Shown: positions 11,118-23,147 of the stretch, piece after piece
Layout: every line of letters starts with the position of its first letter
Numbering within the stretch: the stretch's first letter is position 1
From: Marsupella aquatica
Lineage: Eukaryota; Plantae; Marchantiophyta
DNA length: 64,000 nucleotides
Assembly (NCBI GenBank): GCA_973895155.1
Contig: OZ316894.1
Coordinates: forward strand, 16,600,216 to 16,664,215
Direction: 5' to 3'
Position numbers and translations under genes: made by a program
The notes under the pieces: generated by a model
Databases searched by the model: none
What the model saw: only the letters and a program-made list of their open reading frames with translations
What the model was told of the DNA's origin: nothing

Positions 11118-14100
11118 TTAATCATCATCAGAACCCCAAGCTTCATCACGGAGTTGTGCCCTCAATTGCAATCTTAGCTTCCGTTGTTTTTCCTGTTCCT
11201 GGATCTCTTGCAGACTTCCTTGAGCTTTGGCACGGAGCTGCTTACTGGGACCTTGCCTACTTAAAGCACTTGCGATCATCCTCTGTGCAACTTGGGCTGA
11301 AGAGGCTGGCCGTGGCACCGATTGTACAGTTTCTGCAGTGACATGGGTTTAGTAAGCTTAGGTGACCGAAATCACAATAGAATTCTAACAATTCGCAAAG
11401 AACGCAAACAGCTAGTTCAATTCGAATTCAAGAAACTCAACATTTTGCCTCAAAGAATTGGTTTTGCTTGCTGGGAAGTGGATGGATCATCCTATTCTGT
11501 TTAGATCCTCACAAGAAAGATCCAGTGAAAGAAAGTCAGAACCACAAAGTAGCTAGTGAGGAGCTGTTTGCTTTGTGAAGCGAGCTAAGTTGACTTCAAG
11601 TGCGCAATCTTGGAGGTCATGTCCATTCATCTAGGACTCTCCACCAGCAGAAGTGAAAACAACCAAAACAAGAAACGGCGTGGGCGTTACCATTCATGGA
11701 CGGTTGGCTGCTAAGGATTACATCAGTTTCAGAAAGCATACTGACTTTGAATCTCCCATCGTTGATCCCAACCAAAGCTTCCCGTGCTGCACAGTATACA
11801 CGGCAAGGACGGATCAGATACCAATGAACTTCCTGCACTTGGTTTCTCAAACGTCTCACCGAACAAGCACTTACCCATGCTCGGTGAGCTGAAACTTGCA
11901 AGGGCTCTAGTGTTGTCAACCCAGCGGACTGCACAGCTTCCTTCTTTTGAGAAGGGCTCTACAACCTCCTCCACATCCTTTGTCGTAATTTTTGAAGAGC
12001 AATCGAGGACCAACACACGGCTTGCGTCGCTGTTTATAGCTGCACTCAACAGCAAGAACTATATTACCATGTTGGCACGCATGTATCTTTCCAACGTAAA
12101 TCTTTCTGAGGCAAGCTTCAATCATCCTCGTGTCTTCAGTCAGTGTCAAGTAATCAACATACAATGAATAACAAATCTACCCTAAATAAATGACTCCGAA
12201 GAAAAGCATTACTAAAACGAACAGGTCCAGGACAAATAGGTCAGCACGACAGAAAGCCCTATGAAACACCAGTAATCACCAGCAGGCTCCACTATGCCAA
12301 ACTACGAACAAGAGACCGCAAATCGCGTCTTGTTAAAAAAGCTTGCCTTGTGAGTGGGAACCTACCATCGTCACTATGACTGGAGCTGCTCGGAGTACCA
12401 TCGTTTTCCGCATTCAACTCGAAGTAGTCACTGTACAGGCCCATTGCTCCGTTCGTAAATGAGCCCCTCCCTCGCTGCTTTACTGCATTCCCATTGGAAG
12501 GCACTTCCTTGGACACAGGTGGGAGACTCGTTTTTGGAGGTGTTGGCAACTTATCAAGAACAGACTCCCAATCTGCAATCAAGCCCAGCAATCCAAATTA
12601 ATGGTCAACGCAGGCAGAAACCTTCATAAATCTTAACGCTATAAGCAAGTTTCCCTTATCTGAAATCGATAATACATCAATTCAGGCGAAAAACCACCAG
12701 ATGCCAGAGTGATACAGACAATGACAATCTGAGCAAATCAATATCATTCAGAAACCTTCTATTGGAACCCTGAGGCCTACTTTTGCCTTTCCATGCCTCG
12801 CATATGAAGGCAAAGTGAACGCAAAAGGGAACTTATCATCAGGTTGTAAAATTCAGTACGAAACTTGCATGGTAGTACCACACCTTCCTCTTCTGTCGCT
12901 CCTGCTGCGACAGGCGTCAATGAAGAGTCCCCGGACCATTGAAAATGGTCATGTTTATTGGAGTCTCTAGTATTCGCTTCTGATCCTGAGGATGCCCCAG
13001 TTCTTGAATGCTGAGGTCCAGCCTGGAGCAGCTCATTGATTTTATCTTCCCTGAAGAATAACGACAAATTCAAAAACCTTTATAATTACTCCAGAATAGT
13101 TGCACTTCGTGGCGACATGATATCTTGCAACCTAAACCCTAAATCTAAACGAAAGCTGCAAGGGAGTTGGAATTCATGAAGAAAAGCACATACGGCCTCA
13201 CAAAAGAAAACAAAGTACAGAACAACTTATGAGTAGTTCAAATTTTTCAGTCCTCTTCCGCACATTGGAAATGCTTGTCAATCCGTCCGCTGGTATTCTT
13301 TAGTAGAGGGGGTCCGTAACGTCAGTTCGCAGTTCCACATTAAGGTACTTTCCAGAAATTTGAGGCGTAGGCCACAAGCAATTTATTCAGAGGCTCTAAG
13401 TGACTGCTTCGGGTTTGACTTTTGAAGTTGGACTGGTGGTTTGAAATCTGCTGAAGAACCTAACCGAAATAATCTACTCATCCTTCAAACAGGTGATCCA
13501 CAGGGCAGAAAAAACAACTTGGTGGACTGGATTTCCCAAACATTAAGCTGACATTCAAACGTGACAAAGACAAAACGTGATTCCCTAACCAAGTATAAAA
13601 TTGGCAAATGATTCAGGTGAGCTTCAGCAGTGTTGAAAGTCCTATGTACTACAATCTCCACCGCTTACAACCTCTCGAGCCTAAAACATTCTTTACAAAG
13701 TTAACGGGTTACAATTTCTACAACCGAGAAACGAACGGGTCAGATTTCTGGAGCAGCCATCATTTCCACAACGAAAAGAATGATCCTGCACCTGAAAGCG
13801 TCCACCGAAGAAGCGGCAAAACAATCCACCCCTGCTGTCCTTTAGAGCTCAGGCATGATCAGCAGAGAAGCGGGAATCGACAAAATTGAAACAAACCATG
13901 AAGAAAGCTCGGTGTTGGCAGATTCCTGTCCCCGGGCGGAATTGAAGTCATCAGATCCGAAGGACAATCCCTGCGTGTCACGATTACAATTTCGCATCGA
14001 ATCATTCAACCCTGCTAAATTGGTCCCATCGTCGCTGCGGATACTCAACCTCTCCACACCCCGCTCCAACGATTCCGCCCCTTTGTCATCTCGACGGTGC

Positions 14101-14183
14101 GCCAGGTCCTCAACAACGCTCCGTTTCTGCAGCTGCTGCGCTTTACCTTCGTCTAGGGTTTGCTTGGATCTCTCGTCCGCCAT
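11118..14183 (-). CDS. R3HCC1/R3HCC1L-like protein (RRM-like domain plus C-terminal coiled coil), 6 exons, ~378 aa
   Basis: Phase-consistent GT-AG exons 14183-13897, 13050-12884, 12572-12366, 12039-11875, 11786-11691, 11332-11118 (1137 nt). Motifs EDWESVLD, AVRWVDNTRALASFSSP and PRPASSAQVAQRMIASAL...RAQLRDEAWG match the R3HCC1 family as I recall it. Confidence 0.8.
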
Positions 14184-15571
14184 ATCCCAGCCCTGACCTC
14201 AAGATGCTCCAATTCTTTTGTCGTCGATGATAATTCTACAACATCGAGCTCGTTCCCAAGGGCAATTGAAGCTTTAGTGATTGCTCTACCTCGATCCAAC
14301 ACGGTGGATCATGCACCTCACTAAGCTGTCCTCCTTCTCGCTCAATCACAATAGCTGCGTTCAAGCTCGCAAGTGAGATTCCCCTTCGGTAAACTCAAAT
14401 CCCTTCGCATTTTACACATTTTTCTCGTCTTCGTTAACGGGAAAAATGATGCTGCCATGGATCACAACTGTTGGTCTTTTGAAACGCCATGGTCCACATT
14501 TCGCCACATTCCCCAAAATTTGAGTTTTATTGCAATATTTAAACTCATAAATTCCAAATTGAAGTTTAATTGTAATAGCTTAAACTCATAAATTACTTTT
14601 TCTTTAAAGTTTTGAGGATGTACTAGAGTATTAGGTGAGCTATTCAAAGTGATAATTAGTTCCAGTACCCTTGGCTTAAGTAAACTTATTTTATTGAACC
14701 CTTTGGAGCCATGAAGAGTTACATATTCGAATAGATATAGATAATAATACAAAGATTAAATGGAGTATTTTAAATGAACGAAATTTTAAAGGTAATTCTA
14801 ACAATTTTAATGAAGACATAGAAGTAAATTCATGGTAATGAAGAGGATAGTTTTTCATGCAAAACAATTCACTTAGTAGTCCATACAATACATGAAACAT
14901 TTGATATATTTCATGCAAAATATTATTTTTTTCATAGTAGTTGAAAGGTCTTAGAATCCCTTCATATTCCATTACCTATAGTAGTTATGGTGTTTCTTAT
15001 ATTTACTTGTTAATCCTCTATTTATAGTAGCCAAAGTGTTTTATAATTTAACTTGGTAAATGTTAGAGAAGTTGAGAAGTTTCTTGGGTTTTTGTGTTAC
15101 TTTGGTAAATGTTAGAGTGGTTGAAGAGTTTCTTTCTACTTATCATGATTTCAAAAATCTATAAATTAAATAAAAAATTGAAATAGATTACCAAAAAACA
15201 CTGATATATCAATCACAACTCATCCCTATATTATTTTCTTCTACCCCTATTTTACCATTTTTCTTTGTTTATTTGAAATGTTACTTTTCAGTTTTTATTG
15301 TTTTTACAATTACAAGGTTTAATTGTTTTTCTTTGCCTTGCCTCAAACATGAACAGTAATATTTGGTTCTTCTTGCATAACTAACAATTCTTGTTTGTGA
15401 CACATCATGCTAATGTGATTGCACATGCATCCAGGAATTTTTGACCATTTTCATTGAGTTATTGATTACCAAATGCCAAAGGGTAAATTTTATAGGATTA
15501 ATTTTCATTGTGTTAATATGAATTAGTATTATAACGTGTTCATCCTAATACATGCTTATTTTGACTGATCC

Positions 15572-15788
15572 AAAAGAATTGAAACAATCATCATAAGAGT
15601 TCATGTGAGGAGACATTTTAAATTTGATTAGTTTCTGAAAAACAAGTATTGAATTCTGATTATAAAAAAGTTAAATGAAAAAGAATTGAAACAATCATCA
15701 TAAGAGTTCATGTGAGGAGACATTTTAATTTGATTAGTTTCTGAAAAACAAGTCTTGAATTCTGATTATAAGAAAGTTAATTGAAAAA
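15572..15788. repeat. 107-bp near-perfect tandem duplication in an AT-rich island
   Basis: AAAAGAATTGAAACAATCATCATAAGAGTTCATGTGAGGAGACATTTT... starts at 15572 and 15679. Confidence 0.9.
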
Positions 15789-16507
15789 ACTGCACAGATT
15801 TTTAGGAGTGAAAAAATTATATTACTTTAAGACAAGTGCATTAATTTGAAGGTACTAGTCAATGGTCAATGTACTTGTATAGATACAATACTTTCTAACA
15901 AAGAGAAGAGAGTTAACTTTGTCCTTTTTTAGTTTTATTCTCTATTTGGTGGGGCTCTCTATTTAGGTGAGACTTGTTTATCAATAAACCATGAACAATG
16001 TAAACTTTATAACCAATCATGGCATATAAGATGCACTCATCAATTATCATAGCACCACTTGCTTGGTTGAAGGGTCTAACTTTCTCATGCAAGTAAGGAA
16101 ATATGCCCCTCAAAATGATAAGTAAAATATAGGGAACCTGGTAAAGACTAAGAGCATCTCCACCGGTAGGACCATCGGGGCCTGCAACTGCTATTCTCTC
16201 TTATAGCGGTCGCTATTTGCCAAGAATGCCCCCCATTGGTGTCTCCATCCCGTATTTTTTTGCTACCACCGCAAAATTCATTGTCTATTGACCTCCAATT
16301 TTTGGCAGAAAGGTGGCCGAGGAGTAGCGCCCCTTTACCAGCCTCGATATCTACGATCGATGGTTTACCACGTGGCAACATCGGCACATGGATCCAGCTC
16401 GTACATGAGAACTAGCAACTCCCGCGAGGGAATGCAGCTCTTTTGCAGATTCCTGCCACGAAGCCTGACAAAAACTCTTGCACTTTCTCGTCTGTATGTA
16501 ACTCTAT

Positions 16508-19118
16508 TTATTCTCTCTCGTCCTCAATAATCATATTGTGGAGTACAACACAGGCCATTAGAATGTTCACAATATTTTTTTCATAACAAGACCTTGCAGG
16601 CCGCTTCACTATTTTGAATCTTGCTTGGAGGACCCCAAATGCTCTCTCCACATCTTTCCTTGTACTCTCTTGACATCTTGCAAAGTGCTTCAACTTATCC
16701 GTGTGTGGCTGGTGGACAATAGAAATGAACATACTCCATTCTGGATAAATGAAATCCACCAAGAGGTATGCTCTGTTGTATTCTATGCCATTGACATGAA
16801 AACTAACATTGGTAAAGTCATTATGTAGCCATTTGTTCATGAGGTTGTTGTTTCTCCCAACCAGTCCAAAAAAGGCATGTCAAATCCATAACTTTTTATC
16901 AATGACTGCCTCGAGTATGATAGATTTATTTTATCCTTGTCTATGCATTGCCCTTGCCAAGCAACTGGGCAATTCTTCCAACCCCAATGCATGCAGTCAA
17001 GAGACCCGAACATACCTAGGAATCCCCGTTCTTTGTTAATTCTCAGGTGACTCGGAAAATATGCAGCATTTGAATTCCTTAAATAATGCTATGATGGCTC
17101 TCACATACCGGTACAATGATTCCAACATTGTGCTCTCTCCAATTCTGCAATACTCATCCATAGCCTCTTCACGTACCTATACCATAAGCAAGTTGTCTCA
17201 ATGTTGCAGTCAATTACCCTGGTTTCCCTATAGCAACAACCTTGAGAGAAAAATATCTATCATGTGCATAGACATCATGTAAAATTTTGTCAAACAATCT
17301 GTTGCTCATCCTAAATTTCCTCCTGAATTTCAATTCATCATAGACTAGATTATCTGAGAAATAATCATTTCATAGGTCATCTGCCTCCTTTTCTCTAAGT
17401 CTATCCATATTTCCACTCCTACCTAGCCTAGACCCTTTGTGTGTTCTTATCTTTGGTTTGAGCAATAAGCTAGAGTGGTGGACCTTAGCCACCCAACGCC
17501 CTCACCAATCCCAACACTCATGCCTATTTAAGTGCCCTTGGTGCCCGAATGCCTCCACAAAACTCCTAGAGCAAGCAATTTGATACCTCTTGCACCCCCG
17601 ATGACCACTCTCATATGAAGTCGCACTTGCTCTCTAACATGACTGTTGCTCTACAGTCCTCACTGTCTGCACAAGCAACCAAGCACTCCGGTAAGTAACC
17701 CAAAGGATCTAGGCCTTCCAAGTCTAGCATCCTAACTCAAACTCAACAGACATTGGTAAGTAGGTCAGCGAATATAACCTCCCAAGCCCGCGTGGCCTTG
17801 CCATAAGTTGGCACCAAAACCAACACCCATTGTTTGTCCATAATAGCCCCTCTTTGTGTGTAGCCCATGCTCCCCCATGTTCCCATTTGTCACTGGCTAA
17901 TCGCCTTGCCCCTAGGACATGCTCATGGCCCAAATAGTGTAGCTTGTCCCAAAGCTTGTACTAAAATGTCGGGACTAGATTGGCCCCGACTCTAGCAACC
18001 AAATTGCGGTTCTCACTCAACTGATAGCCTAGGGTCCAAGTGCACTTGGAACTCAACCTCCATGCCTACTTGGCCTTGCCTCCCCAATGCAAGTTCTTGT
18101 GAGAGACTGACTACGGCTTGGTTATTGTTTCAGCAGGATTTGACAAGTGGACGAGATAGCCCCTGCAAACCCCAAGAATCTTTGGCACCCCCAGACCCAG
18201 TTGAGCTTAGAAAAATGTACATTCATCCTAAAGAGATTTCCAATGCACCCAAGAAGTTCTCCAATGGACTTCCTGTTGAGAAGTTATTGTCGTTTTTGTT
18301 TGACTTTTCTCCTTGGTGTTGCAACCGCCGCAACTCACGACTTGGGCTCGCCCTTGGCCCCCAGGAGACATCACTCCCCTCATATATGATTCTGGAGACT
18401 TGCCACCCCCGGACCTACTTTGGTCCCCAAATTTTAGCCCCCTACCTGCACCCCAACCCGCACGCATGGGCACGCAACTAACTTGCTATGCCCATAACTT
18501 TACAGCTAGGCATCCATACTTAGGCAGAGTGCCTTAGCCCGTTGTGATTGGGCCAACCTAGTGCTTATGCCTAGGGCCCTCATAACCCGTTGTCACTCAA
18601 GTGTCCCAGACGATCGCACTTGGGCCACGCCGTATCTCATGTGCTAAGCATCCATTGCGCATGAAGTAAACTTCATTAGTCTTGTACCCAAGAGGAGATT
18701 TCACTCAAGCCCTCATAACTCAAAGTCCGAACCTCCAGAGGTCCGGGCGGTCCCCTTGAGCTTGGCCACTTCCCATGACCCGACCAACCCCCAAGCTAGT
18801 CTAAGTCCTTAGTGTGCCCCACCATTTTAGTGCCTTGCCTTCACTTGTGCAATGCCTCATTGCTCGCTAGTCTCCCCATATTTAGTCCTCACTAGATGGC
18901 CATTCCCGGGCTTGGACCATAAAGGAGCTCGACGTCGGAGTCAGTGACGCTGGAGCTAAGTGTTAAGGTAGTCAAGTTCCATAACTGCTAGTAACTGAAA
19001 GGGGCCCAATGAACATCATCAACTCCCAAGTTTGCTGGTCCTCATCCCAAGCTTCCTCCTCCTCCTCCTCCTCCATTTCTTCTTCAAGCTCTATTCTCCA
19101 CTTTGCCAAGGCATCCAT
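16508..19118 (-). pseudogene. Harbinger/PIF (HARBI1-like DDE) transposase pseudogene, split by an insertion
   Basis: YLLVDFIYPEW...QESTRKDVERAFGVLQARF...ILMACVVLHNMIIEDER (16508-16840); NDYFSDNLVYDELKFRRKFRM near 17310-17370; acidic N-terminus MDALAKWRIELEEEM from 19118. Internal stops and frameshifts are present. Confidence 0.85.
17474..18966. mobile_element. ~1.5 kb non-coding insertion in the transposase, possibly a solo LTR
   Basis: Separates the transposase N-terminus from its core. C-rich, with a TATA-like CCTATTTAAG at ~17523, a subterminal inverted CTTAGC/GCTAAG and imperfect 5-bp flanks GCTAG/GGTAG. Canonical TG..CA termini are not intact. Confidence 0.5.
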
Positions 19119-19730
19119 GATTTTGCACAGAGTATGGATATTGATGGAAAAGAGAATGATTCTCCAAGCAGGACAAGACACTGACACCTTAGAAAGACAC
19201 TCAATCTACGGGAGGAATACTAGCTTCAAGAGATTTCAACTATGCCTGCAATTTGGATTTGCACAAAAAGGGGATCATTGATTTTGAGCACAATGTGGGA
19301 GTTGAAGAAAATAAAATTTATTCTCTAGGCAGGACAAGATCTAGTAAGGTCAAAAAGCCAAGCACACAATCAAAGAGAAGACTACTTTTCATCTGAACTG
19401 CACATGTGATTTGGATTGAGTTGCAGAAAAAGGCATCCATCAATTTGCGCAGAGTGAGAGGTTAGGTAATAGAAAGCTATTGTCCAGGTAGGACAAGATC
19501 TTGACACCTCAAAAAGCCAAGCACCCAATCCAAGGGAAGACTACAAGCTTGTATGCGATTTCAAGTGCGCATGTGATTTGGAGTTGCAAAGAAAGGCATC
19601 CATAGATATATTTGCAAATTTTCCAACTAGGACAAGATACTGGCACCTCAAAAAGCAACTCAATCCACAAGAAGGCCACTAGCTTCTAGGCGATTTCAGC
19701 TATGCATGCGATTTGTCATTGTCAAGAAGG
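19108..19730. repeat. ~140-160 bp tandem repeat (4 units) inside the Harbinger element
   Basis: GGACAAGA anchor at 19171, 19332, 19491 and 19630; GGCATCCAT at 19110, 19432 and 19595. Confidence 0.85.
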
Positions 19731-20479
19731 GAAAAGATTCAAGGCGCGATATGGACACTGCATTGTGGAGTTGAGCATTGGTGGTATGCAACGCTTGACT
19801 CTCAACTATTGAATGTACACTCCCAATGAGAAGTCGTGGGAGTAGTCAGGGTTTTACACAATGGGTCCCACTTTGAACCATGGGTTTGGGTTGGCGGCCA
19901 ATTTCACGTATGACCGGTGGGGTTTCAATAAGTTTTGGAAGCTATGGGCTTTTGGGGGGGTTTCTATGGCCGCAAACAGGCTATTTTAGCAGTTTGCGTC
20001 CACTGCACCACTAGAGATGCTCTAAGGAAATGAAAAAAAATTAAAGGGGCTACCAAAAATGACTAAATTCTAAATAGTACATGGCTAAAGCATGGACTAG
20101 GCCAGATTAACACAAAAATACATTGCAATCAATTTGAATGAGACAAGATAGCCAAAGAGTGTCCCGCCATAATAGCAGCCTCGGAAATAAATTAGTTGTG
20201 TTAATATGAATTATTAGTACTTGTGATTTTCTAAGTCTACTCCTTCTCTAGTTACCTGTAGATGAAAAACTAAAAATTATTTTAAAACTCCAAATCATCA
20301 AGTTCTAAGCCCCAAACTCCCATGGACCACTGCGTCGAACATGGTTTCCATCCATGCTTCACCAGTCGATACCGGGTTTCATGTCAAAACTTAAATCAGA
20401 CCAGTCGATACCGGGTTTCTCTTTCAACTCCATCAGATTGATACTTTACGGTTGCTTTGGCCTAAATGCACACTACATT

Positions 20480-21150
20480 ATCCCTCTATAAGGGTATGTG
20501 TAGACTTAGGAGTGCATTGTTGCATAAGTCCCATGATGAATTCTTATGGATAAGTGTATGTACTTTTTAGGTACAGTAAATGTTTCAGTTATGAGACAGG
20601 AGAGATGCATTACAATCACTGGGCTTAAGCGCACACTGCATAAGTCCAAACTCTGGCTTATTGCACGACAACTAGTTCTTCCCTTTTGTTCCCTGACTGA
20701 TTTGCACCCATATTTGCACTTTTACTAAGTGTAAGGAGGTCTTCACTAAACAACAAATACGTGAAAACCCTAAAAACTGGTATGTGTACACTGAGGGGTT
20801 GTTGCAGAAATCCTAGCTGAATTCTTATGGCTAATTTTATATAGTCTTTAGGTAGAGTAAATGTTGCTGTTATGAGATGGGAGACACAATCACCTAGGCC
20901 TAACGTACTGCACTCTCCTCAAGTCCAAACCCTGGCTTATTGTATGGCAAATGGTTCTCCCCTTTTGTTATACTGATTTTTGCACTTTTATTAAGTGTAG
21001 AGAGGTGTCCAATAACCAACAAATATACAAGTGCAAAACCCTCAATAAGGGTATGTGTACACTTAGGGGTTATTGCATAAACCCAGTGCATACCTCTGAT
21101 GAATAAGTGTACATAGTTTTTGCATAGAGTAAATGTTGCAGTTATGAGAT
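20480..21150. repeat. ~275-285 bp degenerate tandem repeat, ~2.4 copies
   Basis: GGTATGTGTA at ~20493, 20779 and 21049; GTAAATGTT...GTTATGAGA at ~20576, 20857 and 21129. Confidence 0.8.
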
Positions 21151-22363
21151 AGAAGATGGGGATTCAGGGCAAGAATGTATACTCAAAGGGAAGTGCAAGA
21201 ATCCAGCCTGGACATGAGGTGGTAGCTTCTTGAATGTCACTGGACAACAAGGCACAATGAATGAGTATGATATAAGAACCGGGCGGATCAGACCAGGCAG
21301 CAATAATGCGGGAACATGAAAGTGCAAGCAAATCTCACACTAAACCATAGAGACAGCATATGGAAAAACTCCTAAAAGATCCACAACATGAGAGAATACA
21401 TGTGAAGAATAAGGAAGTGAATGCACTTCCTCTAGCCTATACCCCCCAAAGGGACTAAGATGTGTGGGCCTAAGTGAATCTTATCTTTAATTCATCTAGG
21501 GTTAACAAACTAACTCAGTGACTAGTAAGGCCAAGCTAAATACAGCTAAGAACCTGAGTCAATTCCTAACATATGGACACGATAGAGTTTTGATGAGTCC
21601 AAAGTCATAGAAAGAGCACTGAGAGAACTCGCACCGGCCCCAGAAACAGTCAGGCCAGCGATGCTTGTAGTAACATGGACTGGCTATTGCCAAGTTCAAC
21701 CTGCCCTCATTGCCTGCAATACATTGTTTCAAGTGTATGAGACATGACAAGCTCCAACATGCTCTGGCCTCCTCTGCCATCCCTTTTCAATCTTGTTGGA
21801 GGGTAACATACAACAATTGCGAGACACAAGGATGGCAGCAGACAGGGTGCAGCTCTTGCTGTGTCCTCTCATTGTGTGCTTCAAGTTTGTGATTTTGGGT
21901 GGGATTGCATCCAGGTAGAGCTTGCAAACAAGAAGGCAGTCTCACCGAACACCTTAATAATGAGTTGCAGATGGTGGTACATTTGAGAAGACCCTTATCA
22001 AGTAGACCGTGCAAATCACATGTAACTGCAAGGCCCAGGCTTCTTCCCCAGAGTGTGCACTTTGGGATAGGCCGTTGCACTTTCATACTTTGCACTAGTG
22101 AAAACACACTTATCATGCTGTGCAAATCACATGTACAACAGTTAGATGGAACCTGGGTTCCCCCGCCTAACTTGGATGCTGCCATACTACTTACAACCTG
22201 TCCATAACTCGATTGAGCTGATATGCTTGTACCAAAGTTTGATCCCATTGTCTTTCCTCACACATGAGCTGTAACACCACCGCAACACATCTCTAAGCTT
22301 GGTTCCACAAACAAACAACAGGTATTTATTGTGTTTTACTTGACACTAGCCTAAATGCCTGAG

Positions 22364-22584
22364 TAGTTTTTAAATACTTTGCCACTAAAGATGTTCTAAT
22401 TGACAATACTGCCATGGTTTTTTACGTATTTATTAAAATGCCACGGTTTTGTATATGGATGACAAGTTCCCCGAGGTAACAAGGGGAGCTATATAGAGAA
22501 ACTATGACATTTTTGTAAATACAACAAAAACAGTGGTAGTATTATAAATTCAAACATCTTTAGTGACAATATACTTAAAAGCTG
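22364..22584. mobile_element. ~220 bp fold-back element, copy A
   Basis: Two ~105 bp imperfect inverted arms around a 10-nt loop (22473-22482); candidate 10-bp TSD AATGCCTGAG/AATGCCACAG; homologous to 47580-47803 and 63784-64000. Confidence 0.7.
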
Positions 22585-23147
22585 AATGCCACAGTGTTGA
22601 TTATAAATAGATGTTGAGTACCCATCCCAGTTCTGGACTACCCCACTCATAGTCCATAACTTTTTTCCATAAAGATCTGTCATATATGGAGACCATAATA
22701 AGTCACTATAGAGGCTAGTGAATTTATTTTTTCCCACATAACCCTCTAAAAAAGCTATGACCATTTGTTTTATGGGCCAAAAGCCATCATCCCCAACTTT
22801 GAAGGTTTGAGATCCCTAGTGTATATTTCTGTTTCCTTCACAGATTCTTCATGTGATTCGTCGATTTTATTTTTTAAAACTCTTTGGACTTCTTGGGGTT
22901 TTCCCTCCCCTAATTTGGGTCACTCAAATTCTTCGTCCATTTTACCTTTCTAAACTCTTTGGTCTCCTTGGGGTTTTCCTTTGTTGCCCTCCCCTATTTG
23001 TGGGTCACTTGCATGTCCATGGAGCGATGGAGCTCAATCGATTTTGAATGAAACAACTGGAGCAGCAGAGCAATTTAAGGAAGGAGTGCGCAGGATTGCG
23101 AAAGTCTGTCTGTCTGTGAAAGAGCGTTTTTCATCCGCAGAAGCACG

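Larger units (their letters stand above)
16152..20022 (-). mobile_element. PIF/Harbinger DNA transposon, decayed, with nested insertion
   Basis: TIR GAGCATCTCCACCGG at 16152 versus right end reverse complement GAGCATCTCTAGTGG at 20022; TAA TSD at 16149-16151 and 20023-20025; internal transposase remnants. Confidence 0.9.

Noticed and set aside
14440-16148. AT-rich island as a defined host transposon around the Harbinger element
   Set aside because: Probably TE-derived, but I could not find matching termini or a TSD.
21787-22248. 153-aa Cys-rich minus-strand ORF
   Set aside because: No recognisable domain, and it lies in a degenerate repeat region.
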